A DNA stretch of 64,000 nucleotides, from NCBI RefSeq assembly GCF_006345805.1, contig NC_043010.1:32426001-32490000 (forward strand), read 5' to 3'. The stretch comes from Octopus sinensis (taxonomy: Eukaryota). A program made the position numbers and the translations under genes. Each line of letters starts with the position of its first letter. The first letter of the stretch is position 1. The notes below the pieces were generated by a model, which saw nothing but the letters and a program-made list of their open reading frames with translations, had not been told where the DNA came from and did not search any database. Of this stretch, positions 63,041 through 64,000 are shown piece by piece.

Positions 63041-63133
63041 GTAAGAACCTAGACCTACATTTGCATTTGAAACCATGTATATATAGTTATACACTTCACA
63101 TCTAACTGGGTATAATTCTCTATATGCACTTGA

Positions 63134-63177
<44 letters not shown>

Positions 63178-63181
<4 letters not shown>

Positions 63182-63790
63182 TCATCATCATCATTTTCGT
63201 TTAACATCCACTTTCCATGCTGGCATGGGTTGGACGGTTTGACTGAGGGCTGGCAAGCCAGAAGGCTGCACCAGGCTCCAATCCAATTTGGCAAAGTTTC
63301 TATGGCTGGATGCCCTTCCGAACGCCAACCACTCCAAGAGTGAAGTGGGTGTTTTTTACATGCCACCAACACGAGGGCCAGTCAGGCAGTACAGGCATTG
63401 ACTACGCTTGAATGGTGCTTTTTACATGCTACCAGCATGGGACCAGTTAGGCAGCACTGGCATTGATCACACTTGAATGGTGCTTTTTACATGCCACCGG
63501 CATGGGTGCCAATCAGATAGTACTGTCAGTGGACCACAACTTCACTTGCCTCAACAGGTCTTCGCAAGTACAATTTATTACCCAATGATTGAAGGGTACT
63601 TTTAAATGGGATGATTATGCTGCACTGGCATAGGCCACTGTTACAGTCTCACTTGGCTTGCTGGGTTTTCTCAGGCACAGCATATCTCCAAAGGTCTCAG
63701 TCACTTGTCATCGCCCCAGTGAGGCCTAACGTTTGAAGGTTGTGCTTCACCACCTCATCTCAGGTCTTCCTGGGTCTAGCTCTTCCACAG
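63178..63790 (-). mobile_element. RTE LINE 3' end
   Basis: (ATC)n tail, UTR subunits and a GRPRKTW-like ORF end; same family as 43078-44170. Confidence 0.88.
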
Positions 63791-63802
63791 CTTTCCTATA
63801 TA

Positions 63803-64000
63803 TGAAGGCAGTGAACTGGCAGAATCATGAGCATACCAGGCAGAATGCTCAGTGGCATTTTATCCAGTTCTGAGTTCAAATTTCACTTAGGTTAACTTAG
63901 CCTTTCATCCTTTCAGGATCAATGAAATAAGTTGCAATTAAACACTGGGGCTGATGTAATTGACTTGCCCTCTCCCCTGAAATTGCTGGCCTTGTACCAA
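63803..64000 (+). mobile_element. SINE (second family)
   Basis: AAGGCAGTGAACTGGCAGAA...TTCTGAGTTCAAAT...GAAATTGCTGGCCTTGTACC. Confidence 0.8.

Overview
AT-rich, microsatellite-dense eukaryotic DNA. The repeat content (tRNA-derived SINEs, RTE 3' ends with (GAT)n tails, R4/Dong relics) suggests an octopus or other cephalopod genome; this is inferred from recalled repeat families, not a database search. The only host coding sequence I can support is two plus-strand exons missed by the ORF track: 12195-12313 (119 nt) and 62951-63040 (90 nt). They splice in frame and encode part of the VPS10P beta-propeller of a SorCS-like receptor, so about 80% of the window is one 50,637-bp intron. The rest is transposon relics and simple repeats: three full-length decayed mariners, maT and rosa-like Tc1/mariner pieces, Tc1, pogo, piggyBac and hAT MITEs, RTE/BovB, R4/Dong, CRE, Penelope-like and Gypsy fragments, and many SINEs. 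The most unusual structures are a 100% identical 139-bp inverted SINE pair, a ~640-bp foldback palindrome inside (TA)n, a homogeneous 9 x 156-bp satellite preceded by a 369-bp direct repeat, a hammerhead-like core in two repeat copies, and an RTE 3' end with twin C2H2 fingers. Boundaries of degraded repeats are approximate. Family names come from recalled motifs.
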